A stretch of DNA of 64,000 bases. Source: an uncultured Terracidiphilus sp. GTDB lineage: Bacteria > Acidobacteriota > Terriglobia > Terriglobales > Acidobacteriaceae. The notes below the pieces were generated by a model. The model was not told the DNA's origin, did no database searches, and was given only the letters and a program-made list of their open reading frames with translations. Location: the NCBI GenBank assembly GCA_964450895.1, contig CAYVGW010000001.1:9259-73258 (forward strand), written 5' to 3'. Shown here one piece after another: positions 50,016 through 60,210 of the stretch (position 1 is its first letter; each line of letters opens with the position of its first letter). The position numbers and the translations under genes were made by a program.

Positions 50016-52814
50016 ATGCCCTTGTCCTGGAATGAGATACGTGACCGTGCAATTGCCTTCTCGCGGAAGTGGAAGGAAGAATCCTCAGAGGAAGCCGAGG
50101 CAAAAACTTTTTGGGATGACTTCTTCCATATCTTCGGTATCACTCGCAGCCGAGTTGCCTCATTTGAGAAATCAGTCGTTAAATTCGACGGCAAGAAAGG
50201 TTACATTGACCTTCTCTGGAAGGGTGTTCTTCTGGTCGAACACAAGTCGCGTGGGCGCGATCTAGACGGCGCCTTTCAGCAGGCTACAGACTACTTCCAC
50301 GGTCTCAACGAACGCGATCTCCCGCGCTACGTGATTGTCTCGGACTTTGCGCGCATCCGCCTCTACGACCTCGAAGACGCTGCCGAGAACAGCTTTCACG
50401 AATTCAAGCTGGAAGAGCTGCACAAGAATATCCGCAGCTTCGGCTTCATCGCGGGCTACCAGACGCGCAGCTACCCACAGCAAGCCGCAGTGAACATTGA
50501 AGCCGCTGAAAAACTGGGCAAGCTGCACGATCTTCTCAAGGACGCTGGTTATCAGGGCCATGCTCTGGAACTATTCCTTGTGCGAATCCTCTTCTGCCTT
50601 TTCGCGGAAGACAATGCCATCTTCGAGCGACAGCAATTTCGCGAGTGGATTGAGCAGCGCACGGCAGAGGATGGCTCAGATCTGGGCGCGGCGCTCGGAC
50701 ATCTCTTCCAGATACTCAATACCGAACCGGAAAAACGCGCTCGGAATCTTGACGAGCATCTGGCCGCCTTCCGTTACATCAACGGCAAGCTCTTTGAAGA
50801 GATCATTCCACTCACATCCCTTGACCGACAGATGCGAGAAATGGTGCTGGAGTGTACCGGCCTGGACTGGGCGCGCATCTCGCCGGCCATCTTCGGCGCT
50901 CTCTTTCAGTCCATCATGGACAAGAAGGCCCGCCGCAACCTTGGCGCGCACTACACCAGCGAGACAAACATCCTGAAAGCCTTGCAGCCGCTCTTTCTGG
51001 ATTCGCTTCGCGCCGAGTTTGAGCGTATCCGGCGTGACAGCAACCGGTTGAAAGAGTTTCATGCCAAGCTAGGCCGGATTTGCATCCTCGATCCTGCCTG
51101 CGGCTGCGGTAACTTTCTCGTTATCGCTTATCGCGAACTGCGGATGCTGGAACTTGATGTGCTGCGCGAAATCTTCAAGTCCAGCCCCGAAGGCCGCCTG
51201 GATGTGAGCAGCATCGTCTTTGTGGATGTAGACCAGTTCTACGGCATCGAGATCGAGGAGTTTCCCGCGCAGATTGCGCAGGTCGCGCTGTGGATGACCG
51301 ACCACCAGATGAACCAGCTCGTCTCGTCTGAGTTCGGCCAGTACTTCGCCCGCCTGCCACTCAGAAAGGCTCCCAGTATCGTGAACGGCAATGCGCTCAG
51401 GATGGATTGGGAAGAGATCATTCCGCCGGAGAAGTTGAGTTATATCGTGGGGAATCCGCCGTTTGTGGGCGCAATGATAATGGACGACGGACAGCGGGAA
51501 GATATCGCAACTGTCTTTTCCGATGTGAAAGGCGCTGGCGTGCTCGACTATGTAACTGCCTGGTACGTAAAGGCAGCCAAGTACATAGCGAGAACGAAGC
51601 CTATTGGCCAGATTCGTTGCGCATTTGTCTCTACTAATTCAATCGCGCAAGGTGAACAGGTTGGAATACTCTGGAAGATCCTTTACAAATATGGCGTCAA
51701 GATCGATTTTGCCCATCGCACATTTCGATGGCGGAATGAAGCGAAAGGCATAGCCGCCGTCCATTGCGTCATCCTTGGTTTCGGCATCGGGGAAACCGAG
51801 AATAAAGTAATTTACGACTATGAATCAATTAGCGCAGAACCGCATGCAACACCCGCAAGATTCATCAATCCATATTTGGTCGATGCGCCGGACGTATTAC
51901 TGGAAAATCAAAGTAAACCAATCTGCAACGTGCCTGCGATGAAGTTTGGGAGCATGCCGCGTGACGGCGGGCACCTTATCCTCTCGGATCTGGAACGCAA
52001 AGACTTGATTGGCTCTTCACCCTCTGCCCGGAAATTTATACGTCCGTACACGGGGGCGGAAGAATTTCTTAATGGCGGTTCTCGATACTGTCTTTGGCTT
52101 CTTGGTGTTCCGCCTTCAGAGTTGCGCGGAATCGCCAAGGTAATGGACAGGCTAAAGGCGGTGCGTCAGTATCGTCTGGCGAGCAAGGCAGAATCTACAC
52201 GCAGGGCAGCAGATACACCGGGTATATTTGTGCAACTGGCGCAACCCCAAAGCAAGTATCTGTTAGTGCCGCGAGTCTCTTCAGAACGCAGAAACTACAT
52301 CCCTATGGATTTCATGAAGGCTCGTGTAATTGCCAACGATCAAGTACTTACAGTCGAGGGGGCATCAGAGTTTCATTTCGGTGTTTTATCTTCCACGATG
52401 CACATGGCATGGGTTCGCGCCGTATGTGGGCGGCTTGAGAGCAGATACCGCTATTCCAAAGATATTGTCTACAACAACTTTCCCTGGCCCGATCCAACCG
52501 GCAAACAGCGCGCCGCCATCGAAGCAGCGGCGCAAGGCATACTGGACGAGCGTGCCCAGCATCCCGAATCCACTCTCGCCGATCTTTACGACCCCCTCTC
52601 CATGCCCATCGGACTTGTGTATGCGCACAAAGCGCTGGACCGAGCGGTGGACGCCGCGTATGGTGGAAGAAACTTCAAGAGCGAGGCGGAACGAATGGCT
52701 TTTCTCTTCACGCTTTATGAAAAACTAACATCGCTCTTTCCGTCCAAGATAGTGAAAAGTAGGCGAGTGGCCGGTAGTTCCAGAAAAAGGCTGAAGTCTT
52801 CCGAGGGGGAGTGA
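50016..52814 (+). CDS. MmeI-like (Type IIL/IIG, YeeA-like) fused restriction endonuclease-N6-adenine methyltransferase with TRD
   Basis: YIDLLWKGVLLVEHKS nuclease motif, GAHYTS, LDPACGCGNF, GNPPF, AFVSTNSI, RYRYSKDIVYNNFPWP, LADLYDP. Confidence 0.92.
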   Translation: MPLSWNEIRDRAIAFSRKWKEESSEEAEAKTFWDDFFHIFGITRSRVASFEKSVVKFDGKKGYIDLLWKGVLLVEHKSRGRDLDGAFQQATDYFHGLNERDLPRYVIVSDFARIRLYDLEDAAENSFHEFKLEELHKNIRSFGFIAGYQTRSYPQQAAVNIEAAEKLGKLHDLLKDAGYQGHALELFLVRILFCLFAEDNAIFERQQFREWIEQRTAEDGSDLGAALGHLFQILNTEPEKRARNLDEHLAAFRYINGKLFEEIIPLTSLDRQMREMVLECTGLDWARISPAIFGALFQSIMDKKARRNLGAHYTSETNILKALQPLFLDSLRAEFERIRRDSNRLKEFHAKLGRICILDPACGCGNFLVIAYRELRMLELDVLREIFKSSPEGRLDVSSIVFVDVDQFYGIEIEEFPAQIAQVALWMTDHQMNQLVSSEFGQYFARLPLRKAPSIVNGNALRMDWEEIIPPEKLSYIVGNPPFVGAMIMDDGQREDIATVFSDVKGAGVLDYVTAWYVKAAKYIARTKPIGQIRCAFVSTNSIAQGEQVGILWKILYKYGVKIDFAHRTFRWRNEAKGIAAVHCVILGFGIGETENKVIYDYESISAEPHATPARFINPYLVDAPDVLLENQSKPICNVPAMKFGSMPRDGGHLILSDLERKDLIGSSPSARKFIRPYTGAEEFLNGGSRYCLWLLGVPPSELRGIAKVMDRLKAVRQYRLASKAESTRRAADTPGIFVQLAQPQSKYLLVPRVSSERRNYIPMDFMKARVIANDQVLTVEGASEFHFGVLSSTMHMAWVRAVCGRLESRYRYSKDIVYNNFPWPDPTGKQRAAIEAAAQGILDERAQHPESTLADLYDPLSMPIGLVYAHKALDRAVDAAYGGRNFKSEAERMAFLFTLYEKLTSLFPSKIVKSRRVAGSSRKRLKSSEGE

Positions 52815-52928
52815 AACTCGCCGGACGTTCTTTGGAATTCCAGAAGACCATGAATCTTTTTCAGCGATTCAATATCGGCTCAGACACGAATGCCAAGACC
52901 ACATGAATAGGGAGTCAACCATGGACTA

Positions 52929-52978
52929 GCGTGGGCGGGGACGTCCACGCTACAACCGGACGGGAGGCCGGCGCTACA
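52929..52978 (-). repeat. GTAG-type REP-like double hairpin (family 1)
   Basis: Reverse complement TGTAGCGCCGGCCTCCCGTCCGGTTGTAGCGTGGACGTCCCCGCCCACGC. Confidence 0.78.
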
Positions 52979-52994
52979 TTCCGGTATTACCCAA

Positions 52995-54836
52995 TCACGC
53001 GGTCATGGTACTTGCGCGGCCCTCGAAGTGCGCCTCGATCTCCTCCAGGGTTTTGCCTTTGGTCTCCGGCAGGAAGAAAAAGGCTACCAGGAAGTAGACC
53101 ACGGTAAAGCCGGCGAAGAGGAAGAACATGGAGGAGTAGCCGTATTTGCTGACGAAGGGCAGAAAGATGCCAGCCAGGGTGGTGGAGACCAGTTGGTTGA
53201 GGACCAGGGCGAAGCTCATGCCGTTGGAGCGGATGCGGGTGGGCATCAGCTCGGAGAGGGCCAGCCAGACGCAGACGCCGGGTCCGACGGCGTAGAAGGC
53301 CATGAAGAGATAGAGGCCGAGGGCGACCAGCCAGCCGTGGCGGCGGTCGGGGATGCTGCCGATGAGAGCCTTTTCGATCTTGAGCGGCGCGGTGCGCGCA
53401 GCTTCGAGATCGGCGAAAGGATTCTTGAAGAAGGCCTCGATGCGGTTGGCGGGGAGGCAGTTGACGCGGGAGATTTCGAGGGGCGCGGCGGCGGGGTCGT
53501 CGGAGCGGACGAAGCTGGTGGCGGCGGTGAAGTCGCCGTAGGAGTAGATGATGGCCAGGGAGGCGCGGCGGCTGTCAATCTGACCGGCCTGAATGCCGTC
53601 TGCGTTATTGGCCGCCAGCAGCGTTTGGGCCTGGGCCGGAGTGAAGTTAAGAGAAAGCTCCTGCGTGGGGCGAACCATGGCTTGCACCTGCGGGCGCGCG
53701 TCCACGCCCACTTTTTCGGTGCGCAGAAAGAGAAGGCCGACGCCGATCATCGAAACAATAATTCCAGAAGTGCCCAGAATCAGCAGAAAGCGGCGTCCTT
53801 TGCGGTCCACCAGCACCATGCCCACCATGGTCATGAGGAAGTTGACCACGGTAAAGAGCAGATAGCCCCAGTGCGCTTGCAGATCGGAGAGGCCGCTCTG
53901 CAAGAGGATTCCGGCATTGTATTGGATGACCGAGTTGATGCCGGTGGCGGTGTTGCAGGCCAGGATCATGCAGGCCAGCAGGAAGGGAATGAGATATTTG
54001 CGGCGCAGCAGGGAGTCGCGCAGCTTGGTTCCGTCCACGCCGGCAGCCCGCTTGGCCGTCTCCAGATGCGCGGTTTCCTGCATCTCCTGCAATTCGAGCT
54101 GCGCCTGCTCGGCGGTGCGGGAGCGGAGCAGGGCAGCCAAAGCGCGGTCCGGCTTGCCGTGGCGGAAGAGCCAGCGGGGCGACTCGGTGACAAAGAGGCT
54201 ACCCAGCACAAACAGCAGGCCGGGAGGCAGAGAGACCCAGAAGATATTCCGCCAGGCCTGATTTTTGAAGGCGAGCAGGGCATTGGCGTCGCCGCCGAGG
54301 GTGACGGCCTGGACGCGATAGCTGAAGTAGATGCCAACGGCCGCGGCGGCGACGATGCCCAGCGTCAGCAGCCATTGGAAGGCGCCGGTTCCCTTGCCGC
54401 GATCGCGGGCGGAGAGGCACTCGGCCAGATAGAGCGGAACCACGACGCCGATGAAGCCGCCGCTCATGCCTTGCAACAGGCGGCCAAAGAAGAGCGGCCC
54501 GTAGCCTTGGGAAAGCGCGATGACCGGGATACTGAGGGCGAAGGTGAGTCCGCTCAAGATCATCAGCGGCTTGCGGCCCATCCAGTCGGCCAGCGCGCCG
54601 GCAAAGAGCGTGGAGAAGACGCTGCCCAGCAGCACCGCGGCCACAATTACGGAGAGTTGCGCCGGACTCAGGTGCGAGGTCGCCTCCAAATAGGGCAGCG
54701 CACCGCCGATGATGCCCACGTCGATGCCGTAGAGCATCCCGCCCAGACCTGCCACCAGCAGCAGGAAGAGGTTGTAGCGGCGCTTGGCGGCAAGATCGCC
54801 GTTTTCGGAGGGGGCGCAAGGTTCTGTCAGGGACAT
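52995..54836 (-). CDS. MFS sugar porter with a large inserted loop
   Basis: LYGIDVG, DWMGRK, PLYLAE, ESPRWL, DRKGRR, SELMP, PETKGKTLEEIE. Confidence 0.92.
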   Translation of the reverse strand: MSLTEPCAPSENGDLAAKRRYNLFLLLVAGLGGMLYGIDVGIIGGALPYLEATSHLSPAQLSVIVAAVLLGSVFSTLFAGALADWMGRKPLMILSGLTFALSIPVIALSQGYGPLFFGRLLQGMSGGFIGVVVPLYLAECLSARDRGKGTGAFQWLLTLGIVAAAAVGIYFSYRVQAVTLGGDANALLAFKNQAWRNIFWVSLPPGLLFVLGSLFVTESPRWLFRHGKPDRALAALLRSRTAEQAQLELQEMQETAHLETAKRAAGVDGTKLRDSLLRRKYLIPFLLACMILACNTATGINSVIQYNAGILLQSGLSDLQAHWGYLLFTVVNFLMTMVGMVLVDRKGRRFLLILGTSGIIVSMIGVGLLFLRTEKVGVDARPQVQAMVRPTQELSLNFTPAQAQTLLAANNADGIQAGQIDSRRASLAIIYSYGDFTAATSFVRSDDPAAAPLEISRVNCLPANRIEAFFKNPFADLEAARTAPLKIEKALIGSIPDRRHGWLVALGLYLFMAFYAVGPGVCVWLALSELMPTRIRSNGMSFALVLNQLVSTTLAGIFLPFVSKYGYSSMFFLFAGFTVVYFLVAFFFLPETKGKTLEEIEAHFEGRASTMTA

Positions 54837-54963
54837 GCGGTCTACCTTTTCATGGCTTGGGACCAGTATACATTGATCGAAAGCGTTGGAAACGGTCAGA
54901 ATGTTGATCCTGAATGCAAGAGAAAGCCTGTCTTTCTGGAAATTTGAGGGTCGCGGAGCATGA

Positions 54964-55050
54964 GCGCCGTCCCTACGGGACTCCGGATAATTTGTGGGCG
55001 CGCACCCAGCGCTGAAGCGCTGGGCTAATAACCATTGCGCCTACGGCGCG
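54964..55050. repeat. REP-like palindromic element (family 5)
   Basis: GTCCCTACGGGAC, CCCAGCGCTGAAGCGCTGGG and GCGCCTACGGCGC hairpins in one intergenic gap; single copy here. Confidence 0.55.
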
Positions 55051-55096
55051 GGTTTGCTGGCGCTACATTCCTGTCAGGCGTTACGTTCATCAGGCG

Positions 55097-56380
55097 CTAC
55101 GCGACCAATTGCGTGGCTAGCCAGCCGTACAGTTCTTCCGGCGTAGTAGCGCTGCCGGAGGTCCAGGGCGAAGCGATTCCGGGGGGCGTGAGCAGGTAGG
55201 CGGAGTTGCCGTGTTCGGCGACGCAGAGGCAGAAGGTCCGCTCGCCCTCCGGATAGCGCTGGGCGGCTAGCCAGACGTAGCGGGCCAGGATCGCCGCATC
55301 GACGGCGCTACCCTGCGGATCGTCCACGTCGGGCAGGGCGCTGATTCTCTGCTGATTCTCGAAGATGGCGATGCCGGTGAAGGGCTTTGGCTTGCTTCTC
55401 ATGCCAAAACGGGCTACGACCACGCGCGGACGGGCGCGGCGCAATGCCTCGGAGGCTGCCCACTCAACGAATGCGCTGTTGAAGATGAGCGCGCCGTTGC
55501 CGCTGAGGTAGAGATCGACGGTGAAGTTGCGCAGGCGGGTCTGGCCGGCCAGCTCGGCGGGCCAGAGGCGATTCCAGTCTTCGCGCCGGATGCCGGCGAT
55601 GGTCTGGTCCGCGCCGGAGATACTTTTGGGGATGGTATTCAGGTCGGCGAGCATCTTGTCGCGGAAGGGCTTGAGCGTGGCGCAACTCAATTGGCTGGCA
55701 GCGGGAGGCACGGCGGGAGGCAGCAGGCTGTTCAGCTTGGCCTCGGCGTCGATCAGCCAGAGATCGGAGCTGTCCGAATTGCCTTGGCTCGCCAGTTGCG
55801 CACTCAGGCTGGGCGTTCCGGGCTGGCCTTGCAGCGCCAGTTCGCTGATGCGGCGCGCGTCACCTTTGAGGTCGATTTGGCTGCCGCGCGCATCCCATGG
55901 CTTCCAGAGGGTGAGGGGATCGACCGGCAGGCTTTCGGGCAGAATCAGCAGGACCAGCCGTGCGGGATTAGCCTGCGCCGGCGCGGCATCGCGCCCCGCG
56001 GCGTTGATGGCCTCGAAGATTCCCTCCACCACGCGACGCCACTCGGCATAGTACGCCGAACGCGCCAGCAGAGAGGAATTTTCAACGGTGTCTGTCGATT
56101 CGGTAAAGTTCCAGTGCGCAACGCCCATCTTGTCTTCCACGGCGCGCAGCGGCGCGACGAGTGCGTCGAGCGCCGCGGGCTGGAAGCTCTCCAAGCCGTG
56201 CAAAAACTCCTTGAGCCGGTCGCGCTCGTAGGGGAAGAGCATCTCCCACTGGCTCAACTGCTGGTTGAGGGTGGGACGCATGGTCACCGGCAGCCGCGCA
56301 ATCAAAGTGCGATATGCGTGCAGATTGGCTGCTTCAGCCTCTTCGCCTGTGTGCGCTTCAATCATTGCCACATCCCTCAT
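55097..56380 (-). CDS. Hypothetical protein (about 427 aa)
   Basis: Long ORF with natural composition; ATGA overlap with upstream gene; no family recognised. Confidence 0.8.
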   Translation of the reverse strand: MRDVAMIEAHTGEEAEAANLHAYRTLIARLPVTMRPTLNQQLSQWEMLFPYERDRLKEFLHGLESFQPAALDALVAPLRAVEDKMGVAHWNFTESTDTVENSSLLARSAYYAEWRRVVEGIFEAINAAGRDAAPAQANPARLVLLILPESLPVDPLTLWKPWDARGSQIDLKGDARRISELALQGQPGTPSLSAQLASQGNSDSSDLWLIDAEAKLNSLLPPAVPPAASQLSCATLKPFRDKMLADLNTIPKSISGADQTIAGIRREDWNRLWPAELAGQTRLRNFTVDLYLSGNGALIFNSAFVEWAASEALRRARPRVVVARFGMRSKPKPFTGIAIFENQQRISALPDVDDPQGSAVDAAILARYVWLAAQRYPEGERTFCLCVAEHGNSAYLLTPPGIASPWTSGSATTPEELYGWLATQLVA

Positions 56381-57540
56381 AGTTCCAACCCCGGCAGTCG
56401 TTTTCCCGGCAAATCCAGGCCTTTGATAGCGAACAATTCCGCAATCGTGGGGCAAAGATCGATATGCGCAATAGGCTCTTCGATGATCTGCGCCTTGCGC
56501 GCCGCCTCGCCCAGGCACATCATCCAGGTCAGGCGGGTCGAGTCGCAGTCCTGCCGGTGATTGAAGAATCCGTTGGTCTTCGATCCGTCCATATCGCGCC
56601 CAAACTCAGGCAGGACAAAGAGCGTTGTCTTGTCTTTGTAGGCGGGCAGCAATTGCACCTGATTCCAAAACTCATAGACCAAGCGGTCGACCGTGCCGAT
56701 GCCGCCCAGGTGCATTGAATAGGAGCCGAAGTGCGCCACCTCCATGTCGGAGAAGGAAACCACCAGCAGAGAGGGCGCAAAACGCCGCATCACTTCCGTG
56801 CTGACCAAAAAGGTGAACTCGTCTCCGCTGGCCGGCGCGTTGACGCGCACCAGTTCATCAATGGCCTGCTGAATGACGCCGAGCGTGCGCGGGTCCAGCG
56901 AAGAGGCGTCCCCGGCAACCGACCAGCCCAGCCCATCGTAGTTGTCCCGGCTGAGCATGGCCTCAATCTCCGGCTGCACGCTGGCGCGGTCATTGCCGTG
57001 GACGGCGCGGCCCTGCGCTGCCGCATTGACCACCGCATTGATCAGCAACTGCTTGGGGAAGATCACGTTGGCCCCGTAAGCCGGGCCAAAGTCGCGCACC
57101 GCGCTCGCGCCGATGCGATTGGTAAGGGCCTTGTTGCTGGAGATCAACCAGGTTTGGTCCTGCGCGAGGCTCATCCGCTTGCGCAGGAATTCAAAGAGCG
57201 TGGGGCTGGCCGGCGGTGTCTTTCCCCAGTCGTCCAGCCGCTGCCAGTTTCCGGTGAGCAGGCTGGAGGTTGTGTTGTAGTGCGAAGTCACACCGGCGTT
57301 GAGTGCGTTGGGAAAGAAGACGCTTTGCGGCAGCAGATCGCGGTGCAGATGAGGAATGTTCTGGAAGCCGCTTTCGGCAAAGGTGTCGGCGCGGCGGATT
57401 CCGCCGCAAGCCACAACAATCACCTTGCGTCCCACGCCCGCGCCCGGCTCGGCGGCAAAGCTGGGCCGATGCGCGCTGGCCCACCGATCGACCAGCAGGA
57501 CGGCGGCGGCTTTCAGTAGAGTGCGACGAGAGGTATCCAT
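56377..57540 (-). CDS. Tat-exported alkaline-phosphatase/sulfatase-superfamily-like protein
   Basis: SRRTLLK signal; KVIVVACGGIR, TSH..TSSLLTG, DMEVAH, TTLFVLPEFGR, HIDLCPTIAEL. Confidence 0.7.
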   Translation of the reverse strand: MDTSRRTLLKAAAVLLVDRWASAHRPSFAAEPGAGVGRKVIVVACGGIRRADTFAESGFQNIPHLHRDLLPQSVFFPNALNAGVTSHYNTTSSLLTGNWQRLDDWGKTPPASPTLFEFLRKRMSLAQDQTWLISSNKALTNRIGASAVRDFGPAYGANVIFPKQLLINAVVNAAAQGRAVHGNDRASVQPEIEAMLSRDNYDGLGWSVAGDASSLDPRTLGVIQQAIDELVRVNAPASGDEFTFLVSTEVMRRFAPSLLVVSFSDMEVAHFGSYSMHLGGIGTVDRLVYEFWNQVQLLPAYKDKTTLFVLPEFGRDMDGSKTNGFFNHRQDCDSTRLTWMMCLGEAARKAQIIEEPIAHIDLCPTIAELFAIKGLDLPGKRLPGLEL

Positions 57541-57742
57541 GGAGTACCCCGGTTTCCCTGTGAAATTACGTCCTTGGCGCGGAATCAACTTCTGTCCTGC
57601 GCAGGCCGCTGAACACTATCTCTGCCTGAGGATAGCAGAATGTCATTGATCCGGCCCAGAAGTTTTGAGACACGCGCCTCTTCCATGCAAAAGCGGATTT
57701 CGCAGCGCCTCTCCGGGGTGAATTGTAACGCAGCTTGTTCAT

Positions 57743-60109
57743 TCATGACGCAATTTGCAGCTTCGAGACGGGCCGCGTGGACGGCTCCCGGCCGAAGCGC
57801 GCGCCGGGCTGGCCGCCCAACCGGAAGACGAATCGTCCGCCCTGAGCCACATCGGCGTGGCTGAACCAGGCGTTGGGGTGGAGGCTTCCATTCCACTCCA
57901 CGCTCTGGATGTAGATGCTTTGCGCTGTCGCTCGTTTGGCCTCGAAGACCAGCTTCTTGCCCCCGGCCAGATGCAGCGTGGCGCGGTCGAAGAGCGGCGT
58001 GCCGAAGACGTAATGGCCGCTGACCGGATCGACGGCATAAAAGCCGATGGAGCTGAGAATGAACCAGGCCGACATCTGCCCGCAGTCTTCGTTCCCGGCG
58101 ATGCCGTCGGGGGTGTTCGCGTACATCGTCGTATTCAACATATGCACGCGCTCCTGGGTCTTGGCCGGTTCACCGGCGTATGCGTAGAGGTAGGCGATGT
58201 GGTGGCTTGGCTCGTTGCCGTGGGCGTACTGGCCCACCATTCCGGCGATGTCCGGCGGCGCATCGGGAGGCAGCGTCGAGGGCTGGTTGAAGAGCGCGTC
58301 CAGCTTGGCAACGAATGCCTTCTCTCCGCCCATCATCTCGATGCAGCCGGTCACATCGTGCTGAATGCCGAAGGTCGTCTGCCATGCATTGGACTCGGTG
58401 TAGTCGCGCCACTTCTTGGAGTGCCCCATCTCGATGGGATCGAAGGGCTGGGCAAAGGAGCCATCCTGAAGCTTGGCGCGCAAAAAGCCCGTCCCCGCGT
58501 CCCAATAGTTGCGATAGTTGCGGGAGCGCTCGACGAGCAGCTTGGCGTTGGCGGCGTCGCCGAGTTTGGCGGCGACGTGGGCTATCGCCCAATCATCGTA
58601 GTCATACTCCAGGGTCTTCGAGACTGATTCCTCTTCCAGATCGGCGGGAATGTAGCCCATCGAGCGATACCATTGCAGGCCGCGGTAATCGTCGGCGAAG
58701 GCGCGCTTTTTCATCGCCGCGTAAGCGCCGGGATAGTCGATGCCGGTGAAGCCTTTCGCGCAGGCCTCGGCAATCACCGCCGCGGAGTGGTAGCCGGTCA
58801 TGCAGCCGGTCTCCTTGCCCTGCAAGGGCCAGACCGCCATCCCCGCCGGACTCTGCTGCGCCATGCGGATCAGGCTGTTCACCATATCCGGCACGCGATC
58901 GGCATGAATGAGCGTCATCAGAGGATGCTCGGCTCGGTAAGTATCCCAGAGCGAGAAGGTGGTGTAGTTGCGCTGGCCCTGGGGCAGTTGATGGATCTCC
59001 CCGTCCATGCCGCGATAGCGCCCATCCACGTCGTCGAAGAGCGTCGGCGCAATCATGGTGTGGTAGAGCGAGGAATAGAAGACGGTCTTGCGGTCGAGGT
59101 CGGCGGTTTCGATGCGAATCTTGCCCAGCTCCTCGCGCCAGCGCGCCTCGGCTGCCCGCTGCACGCGCTCGAAGCTCCAGTCCGGCAGTTCCTCCGCCAG
59201 ATTCTTCGCGGCGCCCTCGGTGGAGACGCCGGAAAGCCCTGCCTTGATGAGAATCTGCTCGCCGGCGTGGGTTTTGAAGTGGGCCACTGCCTTCAGATTC
59301 TTGCCGCGCAACTCGACCGGCAACTCGCCTGTGGGCATCGCAATCAACTGGCCGTCGAGATAAAAGTCCAGGCGGTCGAAGGGCCGGGAGAAGCGGAGCG
59401 CAATGTGCATCTGGCGCCCCCACGCCCAGGCCTTGGTCGCATGGCTGGCCAGAATCGTATCGCTGCCCGCCTGCCGCGCGCTGCACCAGTCGATGTCGTT
59501 GGGAAATTTGCCGTAAGCGTGCGTCAGGTCCAGCAAGATGTGGCTGCTCTCGCTGGCAGGAAAGGTGTAGCGATGGAAACCAGCGTGCTCGGTGGCCGTC
59601 AGCTCGGCGCGGATGCCGGTGTCCAGCAGAACCGAATAGTAGCCCGGATGCATCTGCTCGTTGGCGTGGGAGAAGTGCGAGCGGTAGCCGGTGCCGGGCT
59701 GCTTGCGGTCGCCCGCCTCCAGCCGCACTTCGCCGGTGCGCGGGACCACCAGAAAGTCGAGCAGATCGCCGCAGCCCGTTCCGCTCAAGTGGGTGTGACT
59801 GAAGCCCATGATCGAGTCGTCGGAGAGATGGTAGCCGGAGCACCAATCCCAGTCGTCGTTGTAGGTGTCGGGACTCAGTTGCACCATGCCAAAGGGCACG
59901 GTTGCGCCGGGATAGGTGTGCCCGTGGCCGCCCGTTCCCAGAGCCAGATTCACAAAGCGAAAGAGGTCTTCCTTGTCTGCCTCGGAGCCAGTTCCCTGGG
60001 AAAAAGACGGCAGGCTAAGCAAGCCTGTCACCGCAGAAGCTCCGAGTACGGAAAGCCCGCGCACCACATCCCGCCGCGACCACATGCTCTTCCTCTCTTC
60101 ACGGTTCAT
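57743..60109 (-). CDS. GH92 alpha-mannosidase, Tat signal
   Basis: HGHTYPGATVPFGMVQLSPD, FSHTHLSGTG, FSLWDTYR, TESN, HGNEPSHH, GNEDCGQMSAW. Confidence 0.96.
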   Translation of the reverse strand: MNREERKSMWSRRDVVRGLSVLGASAVTGLLSLPSFSQGTGSEADKEDLFRFVNLALGTGGHGHTYPGATVPFGMVQLSPDTYNDDWDWCSGYHLSDDSIMGFSHTHLSGTGCGDLLDFLVVPRTGEVRLEAGDRKQPGTGYRSHFSHANEQMHPGYYSVLLDTGIRAELTATEHAGFHRYTFPASESSHILLDLTHAYGKFPNDIDWCSARQAGSDTILASHATKAWAWGRQMHIALRFSRPFDRLDFYLDGQLIAMPTGELPVELRGKNLKAVAHFKTHAGEQILIKAGLSGVSTEGAAKNLAEELPDWSFERVQRAAEARWREELGKIRIETADLDRKTVFYSSLYHTMIAPTLFDDVDGRYRGMDGEIHQLPQGQRNYTTFSLWDTYRAEHPLMTLIHADRVPDMVNSLIRMAQQSPAGMAVWPLQGKETGCMTGYHSAAVIAEACAKGFTGIDYPGAYAAMKKRAFADDYRGLQWYRSMGYIPADLEEESVSKTLEYDYDDWAIAHVAAKLGDAANAKLLVERSRNYRNYWDAGTGFLRAKLQDGSFAQPFDPIEMGHSKKWRDYTESNAWQTTFGIQHDVTGCIEMMGGEKAFVAKLDALFNQPSTLPPDAPPDIAGMVGQYAHGNEPSHHIAYLYAYAGEPAKTQERVHMLNTTMYANTPDGIAGNEDCGQMSAWFILSSIGFYAVDPVSGHYVFGTPLFDRATLHLAGGKKLVFEAKRATAQSIYIQSVEWNGSLHPNAWFSHADVAQGGRFVFRLGGQPGARFGREPSTRPVSKLQIAS

Positions 60110-60170
60110 CGCATCCTCTTCTACTCGTCTCTTGTACGTTCATCGTAGTTTGGTAATAATTCATCGAACT

Positions 60171-60205
60171 CTGGGTGCCCCAGGTCTCGCTTTTGAGACC
60201 TGGGA
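60171..60205 (+). repeat. GGGTGCCCC...TGGGA hairpin repeat (family 2)
   Basis: CTGGGTGCCCCAGGTCTCGCTTTTGAGACCTGGGA. Confidence 0.85.
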
Positions 60206-60210
60206 GGCCG

